In this document: in pieces, positions 32,741 to 36,411 of the stretch
Numbering within the stretch: the first letter of the stretch is position 1
Layout of the letters: each line of letters begins with the position of its first letter
Assembly (NCBI GenBank): GCA_017504335.1
Contig: JAFVRI010000166.1
Span: forward strand, 1-36,411
Length of the DNA stretch: 36,411 nt
Origin: Clostridia bacterium
GTDB lineage: Bacteria; Bacillota; Clostridia; Oscillospirales; CAG-272
Direction: 5' to 3'
The notes under the pieces: generated by a model
The model's database searches: none
What the model was told of the DNA's origin: nothing
The model's input: the letters and a program-made list of their open reading frames with translations, nothing else
Translations under genes and position numbers: made by a program

Positions 32741-32767
32741 CCGCCCTCCTCGGAGGGCGGTTTTCTT
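32741..32767 (+). terminator. intrinsic terminator after the DMT permease gene
   Basis: CCGCCCTCC-tc-GGAGGGCGG followed by TTTTCTT. Confidence 0.75.
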
Positions 32768-32768
32768 G

Positions 32769-33060
32769 GTTGGCTCCTCAGCCGCGAAGGAGCTTGACGC
32801 ATCGAAAAAAACGCCAACCGATTCTCATACGGAGAGCATCCCCCATCAAACAGGCTATTCCTTATCCGTAGTGGCGTTCTGCGAGCGCCCGCGAGCGAAC
32901 ACAGTTCGCCCCTACGGAATCCTCAAAAGCCTCGCCCTTCGGGAGAGGTGGCAGGCGAAGCCTGACGGAGAGGGAGGAACATATCCCCTCTCACCCGCTA
33001 CGCGGGAGCTCTCCCCAAGGGAGAGCCTTTGGTTTCACGGCGGACGGGGAATGAGCAATT
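32769..33060. repeat. GC-rich hairpin-dense intergenic block
   Basis: A series of short GC hairpins: GGTTGGC..GCTCCT-cagccgcg-AAGGAGC..GCCAACC; CCGTAGTGGCG...CGCCCCTACGG; CCTCGCCC-ttcg-GGGAGAGG; GAGAGGG...CCCTCTC; CTCTCCC-caa-GGGAGAG. It shares TCGCCCCTAC with the family H arms and GAGGGAG-type motifs with 9204-9302. Confidence 0.5.
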
Positions 33061-33077
33061 TTCATGGAAATATCCGA

Positions 33078-33106
33078 TTGACATTTTTTGCTCAAAGTGC
33101 TATAAT
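33078..33106 (+). promoter_or_regulatory. promoter of the M20 amidohydrolase gene
   Basis: TTGACA (33078-33083), a 17-nt spacer, then TATAAT (33101-33106). Confidence 0.65.
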
Positions 33107-33140
33107 TGAAAAAAAGATTCTCATGAAGGAAGGCAAAATT

Positions 33141-34295
33141 ATGGAATCCAACGTTGTACGCATCCGCCGTCAGCTTCATATGTACCCCGAGATCGGCTTC
33201 GATCTGCCCCTCACTCTGCAGTTTTTGCGGGACGAGATGGATGCCATCGGGGTAGACTATACAGAGCAATACGGAAAAAGCTCGATCGTCGCCACGGTAA
33301 ACCCCGAAAAAACGAATTTTACCTTAGGCATTCGTGCGGATATGGATGCTCTTCCCATGGAGGAAAAGAATGACGTGCCCTACCGTTCCCGCATCAAGGG
33401 GCAGATGCATGCCTGCGGTCACGATGCCCATACGGCGATCGCTTTGGAGACCCTTCGCCGTGTATACGAGGAGCGGGACGCCATTGGCTGTCGGGTAAAA
33501 TTCCTGTTTCAGCCCTCCGAGGAGGCAGGACCGTCGGGTGCCATGCTCATGGCGGAGGACGGTGTCATGGATGACATCGACTGCATCGTGGCACTTCATT
33601 GCGATACCACCATCCCCGTGGGCAAGGTTGCCGTGACCGAGGGGGCGCAAAATGCCATCAGCGACGGTTTTACCTTGGTATTCCACGGAAAAAGCTCCCA
33701 CGCGGGCAATCAGGAAAAGGGAATTGACGCCATTATGATGGCGGTAAAGGCATATACGCAGATCGAATTTATGATCGCCAAGGATTTTTCCGCCAAGGTT
33801 CCCATGATCTTCAACGTGGGTGCCATTCACGGCGGTGTGACCAATAACATTTTAGCGGAGTCGTGTACCATGTTCTGCACCCTTCGTTCTCATACCGAGG
33901 AAACCGCCGCCTATGCGCTGGACAAGATCCGTCGAATCGGTGAATCGGTTGCCGAGCTGGAGGGCGGTCGCTTTGAAATGATCCCCAACAAGCACTATCC
34001 CATCGTCTACAACGACGCGGGTATGGTGCAACGGATCCGCCGTGCCGCTTGCGTAGTGGTGGGTGCGGACAACCTCGGCGAAAACAAGCGCTCTATGGGC
34101 GGTGAGGATTTCTCCTACTTCGCCATGAAAAAGCCCGGTGGATATTTCCGTCTCGGTGTCCGCAATGAGGAAAAGGGGATCGTCAACGGGGTGCATCACG
34201 ACAATTTCGATCTGGACGAGGCTGCCCTCGAGATCGGGGTCCGGATGTTCCTGCGGATCATTCGGGACGCGGGGGACGCGATCAGCCGTTTTTAA
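33141..34295 (+). CDS. M20D family amidohydrolase (N-acyl-amino-acid/hippurate hydrolase-like)
   Basis: ATG at 33141 follows GGAAGG (alternative ATG at 33123). The sequence runs IRRQLHMYPEIGF...GIRADMDALPM...QMHACGHDAHTA...FQPSEE...GGEDFSYF. Confidence 0.88.
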   Translation: MESNVVRIRRQLHMYPEIGFDLPLTLQFLRDEMDAIGVDYTEQYGKSSIVATVNPEKTNFTLGIRADMDALPMEEKNDVPYRSRIKGQMHACGHDAHTAIALETLRRVYEERDAIGCRVKFLFQPSEEAGPSGAMLMAEDGVMDDIDCIVALHCDTTIPVGKVAVTEGAQNAISDGFTLVFHGKSSHAGNQEKGIDAIMMAVKAYTQIEFMIAKDFSAKVPMIFNVGAIHGGVTNNILAESCTMFCTLRSHTEETAAYALDKIRRIGESVAELEGGRFEMIPNKHYPIVYNDAGMVQRIRRAACVVVGADNLGENKRSMGGEDFSYFAMKKPGGYFRLGVRNEEKGIVNGVHHDNFDLDEAALEIGVRMFLRIIRDAGDAISRF

Positions 34296-34458
34296 AAACC
34301 AAACTTCGCTTCGCCGCAACACTTGTATTACAAAATATGGCCGGATCTTCGTATAGCGTTCTCGTCATAATTTGCGTAAAATCATAGGATTGTTCTCTAA
34401 AGCAGAAAACCGTCGGACGCCTATATGTGCCGCGCACACCGCCGATGGTTTTCTTTTT
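34264..34458 (+). repeat. family T repeat, copy F (degenerate; overlaps the last codons and stop of the M20 gene)
   Basis: GGGACGCGGGGGACGCGATCAGCCGTTTTTAAAAACC...CTTGTATTACAAAATATGGCC...GTTCTCGTCATAATTTGCGTAAAAT...TTCTCTAAAGCAGAAAACCGTCGG...CCGATGGTTTTC TTTTT (hairpin 34405-34453). Confidence 0.7.
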
Positions 34459-34533
34459 ATATCCGGTATTGATAACGGACCGCCGAGAAAGCGAGAGAAC
34501 CTCCGAATCTTTTCGTCATTTTTTTCAAAAGAA

Positions 34534-34563
34534 TTGACAAACCTTTCCGATTCGTGGTATAAT
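34534..34563 (+). promoter_or_regulatory. promoter of the AEC permease gene
   Basis: TTGACA (34534-34539), an 18-nt spacer, then TGGTATAAT (extended -10, TATAAT at 34558-34563). Confidence 0.6.
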
Positions 34564-34592
34564 GGCTTGACTTTAAAAAAAAGGAGACAATC

Positions 34593-35585
34593 ATGGCTAA
34601 ACTGATTCCCGCTATTATGAATCCCATGCTTGTGCTGTTTCTTTGCATGGCGCTGGGATTTTTGTTACATAAAATCCATATCCTTCCCGACTCCGCCGGA
34701 CAGGTCATGGCGAAGCTGGAAACCTACGTGTTCTGTCCTGCATTGAGCTTTGGAACCATGGCGACCTTCTTCACCCCCAAAACCATCAAAGCCCATGCCA
34801 CCAATCTTGTCATCGGTATCCTTTTGGTGTCCTTGGCGGTATTCCTCTCCCTTTTGCTGGTTCGGTTCTTTGCCCGCAAAAAAAGTAAGGATTGGGGCGT
34901 TTATGCCTATGCTCTGGCATTCGCGAACGGCGGATATATGGGCGATCCCTTGGTACAGATGATCTTAGGCAGCTCCGCGCTTTCCTATTATAAGCTCTTT
35001 TATCTTCCCATCAATTCCGTCATCTTTACCTGGGGCATCAGCATTCTGGTTCCCGATAACGGGAAAAAAACCAATCCCATCAAAAAGATATTGAACGTAC
35101 CTACCGTTGCCATGCTGGCAGGTATGGCGGTTGGAATCACGGGAGCGGTCGATTATATTCCTTCCTTTTGCATGACCGCTATGAATTCTCTGTCGTCGTG
35201 TATGGGCCCTGTTGCCATGCTCTTGGCAGGCTTCACCGTCGCATCCTATCCCTTTGGAGAAATCCTGAAAAATAAAAAGGTCTACGTCGTTTCTTTGCTT
35301 CGCCTGATTATCCTGCCCACGCTGTTGATCACCGAGCTGCTCGGCATAAAGACCCTCGGCAACCTTTTGTTCGACTTGAACATCAACAACAACGTGCTTC
35401 ATCTTGCCTTTTTCGCCTTTGCGACCCCTCTCGGAATGAACACCATCGTGTTCCCGGAAGCATACGGAGGTGATTCCAAAACAGGCGCCAGCATGGCTCT
35501 GATCTCCCATACCCTGTGTGTCCTGTCCATCCCGATCATGTACGCGATCCTCTGCGGCATTTTCGGTGGTTACCAAGTTTTATAA
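34593..35585 (+). CDS. AEC (auxin efflux carrier) family permease
   Basis: AAAGGAGA RBS. 330 aa and all-helical, with about 10 TM segments in two halves separated by a short basic loop (FFARKKSKDWG). The N-terminus has the pattern typical of the membrane transport protein family. Confidence 0.8.
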   Translation: MAKLIPAIMNPMLVLFLCMALGFLLHKIHILPDSAGQVMAKLETYVFCPALSFGTMATFFTPKTIKAHATNLVIGILLVSLAVFLSLLLVRFFARKKSKDWGVYAYALAFANGGYMGDPLVQMILGSSALSYYKLFYLPINSVIFTWGISILVPDNGKKTNPIKKILNVPTVAMLAGMAVGITGAVDYIPSFCMTAMNSLSSCMGPVAMLLAGFTVASYPFGEILKNKKVYVVSLLRLIILPTLLITELLGIKTLGNLLFDLNINNNVLHLAFFAFATPLGMNTIVFPEAYGGDSKTGASMALISHTLCVLSIPIMYAILCGIFGGYQVL

Positions 35586-35589
35586 GATT

Positions 35590-35630
35590 CGGTACGACGA
35601 GGATTTTACGCGTTTCAGAAAACGCGTAAA
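35590..35630 (+). repeat. head-only copy of the family T repeat after the AEC stop codon
   Basis: TAA GATTCG GTACGAC GAGGATT TTACGCGTTT-caga-AAACGCGTAA. The junction motif and the position of the palindrome match the other heads, with covarying stem bases (GCGTTT/AAACGC instead of GCTTTT/AAAAGC). Confidence 0.45.
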
Positions 35631-35658
35631 GAACGAATGGTAACAAACTAAAAAACAG

Positions 35659-35690
35659 CCCCGTGCCAAACGGCACGGGGCATATTTTTT
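35659..35690. terminator. bidirectional intrinsic terminator between the AEC permease gene and PFOR
   Basis: CCCCGTGCC-aaac-GGCACGGGG is flanked by AAAAA on one side and TTTTTT on the other. Confidence 0.85.
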
Positions 35691-35694
35691 AGGA

Positions 35695-36411
35695 TTAGTT
35701 GTAGAGGTCAACCATCTTCTGGAGTCTCTCGTACTTCGCCTTTGCGTTAGCCTCGCCCTGCGCGAACAGCTCTTCTGCCTTTTCGGGGAAGGTCTGTACC
35801 AGACGAGCGTAACGGTTCTCGGACTTGATGAAGTCGATGTAGTTTCCGGTGGGCTCCTTCGAATCCAGGGTGAAGGGATTCTTGCCCTCAGCCTTCGCTG
35901 CGGGGTTGAAGCGGAACATCTGCCAGTAGCCTGCCTCAACTGCCTTCTTCATTTCGAGCTGGCAGTTCTGCATGGTTCCCTTGATGCCGTGCATCTCACA
36001 AGGAGCGTAGCCGATGATGATGGAAGGTCCGTTGTATGCCTCAGCCTCGGTCAGAGCCTTCAGAAGCTGGTTCATATCAGCGCCCATAGCAACCTGTGCA
36101 ACGTAAACGTAACCGTAGGACATTGCGATCTCAGCCAGGTTCTTCTTTCCGATTGCCTTACCGGCAGCGGCGAACTGAGCAACCTGACCGATGTTGGATG
36201 CCTTGGATGCCTGTCCACCCGTGTTGGAGTAAACCTCGGTATCGAATACCATGATGTTGACATCCTCACCGGAAGTCAGAACGTGGTCAAGACCACCAAA
36301 TCCGATGTCGTAAGCCCAACCGTCTCCACCGAAGATCCAAGTGGACTTCTTGCCCAGGTAATCCTTCTCGGCAAGAATTGCGGGAGCGACGGGGCAGCCC
36401 TCAGCGGCAGC
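35695..36411 (-). CDS. nifJ: pyruvate:ferredoxin (flavodoxin) oxidoreductase, C-terminal part (5' end outside the window)
   Basis: The frame is open from 36411. The TPP-binding motif is IFGGDGWAYDIGFGGLDHVLTSGEDVNIMVFDTEVYSNTGGQ. The C-terminal tail ...GYWQMFRFNP...FTLDSKEP... is typical of single-chain PFOR. Confidence 0.92.
   Translation of the reverse strand, partial: AAAEGCPVAPAILAEKDYLGKKSTWIFGGDGWAYDIGFGGLDHVLTSGEDVNIMVFDTEVYSNTGGQASKASNIGQVAQFAAAGKAIGKKNLAEIAMSYGYVYVAQVAMGADMNQLLKALTEAEAYNGPSIIIGYAPCEMHGIKGTMQNCQLEMKKAVEAGYWQMFRFNPAAKAEGKNPFTLDSKEPTGNYIDFIKSENRYARLVQTFPEKAEELFAQGEANAKAKYERLQKMVDLYN

Noticed and set aside
32700-33140. 147-codon N-terminal extension of the M20 ORF (track 32700..34295)
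   Set aside because: It reads through a terminator, the GC-hairpin repeat block and the TTGACA-17-TATAAT promoter. M20D homology starts at MESNVVRIRRQLH.
1-36411. tRNA, rRNA, tmRNA, transposase, integrase or prophage genes
   Set aside because: No intergenic segment shows a tRNA cloverleaf signature (for example GTTCGAATC-type T-arms) or rRNA-like conservation. No ORF shows DDE, HUH, tyrosine or serine recombinase motifs.

Overview
This is a chromosomal window from a Gram-positive, probably Clostridia-like genome. That placement is an inference from GGAGG-type ribosome-binding sites, a T-box leader, DegV/YloV and a single-polypeptide PFOR; the taxon cannot be proven from sequence alone. I call 26 protein-coding genes and see no rRNA, tRNA, CRISPR array, transposase or phage genes. 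Layout: (1) 1-8854 is an amino-sugar/glycan cassette: an MFS transporter fused in frame to a GH2 glycosidase (minus strand), an AraC regulator, and a translationally coupled plus-strand operon of five genes (NagB-like deaminase, xylose-isomerase-like TIM barrel, two Gfo/Idh/MocA oxidoreductases, NagA-like deacetylase). (2) 9456-12176 holds a metallophosphoesterase and a GH20-like hexosaminidase. (3) 12555-14948 holds a LacI regulator and a 433-aa Gfo/Idh/MocA enzyme. (4) 15148-18154 holds an AraC regulator and a GH42 beta-galactosidase. (5) 18581-29213 is a housekeeping minus-strand block: T-box-cysE-cysS, yloV-degV, marR-acyl-CoA synthetase, and a P2-type ATPase behind a leader that looks like a yybP-ykoY (Mn2+) riboswitch. 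(6) 29723-34295 holds a PocR/AraC regulator, an unassigned TIM-barrel glycosidase-like protein with a GH42-type Cys motif, a DMT permease and an M20D amidohydrolase. (7) The window ends with an AEC permease and the 3' part of PFOR. The most unusual content is non-coding. Most transcription units end in a copy of one interspersed repeat family (called family T here, at least 8 full and several partial copies). Each copy starts right after, or even across, the stop codon with a short AT-rich palindrome and ends in a covarying terminator hairpin. Three copies of a second element (family H, about 150 bp, long hairpin, 27-nt terminal inverted repeats) sit against these terminators. Two GC-rich hairpin-dense blocks are also present. 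The many long ORFs antisense to real genes are shadow ORFs. All functional calls rest on motif recognition by eye; no database search was possible.
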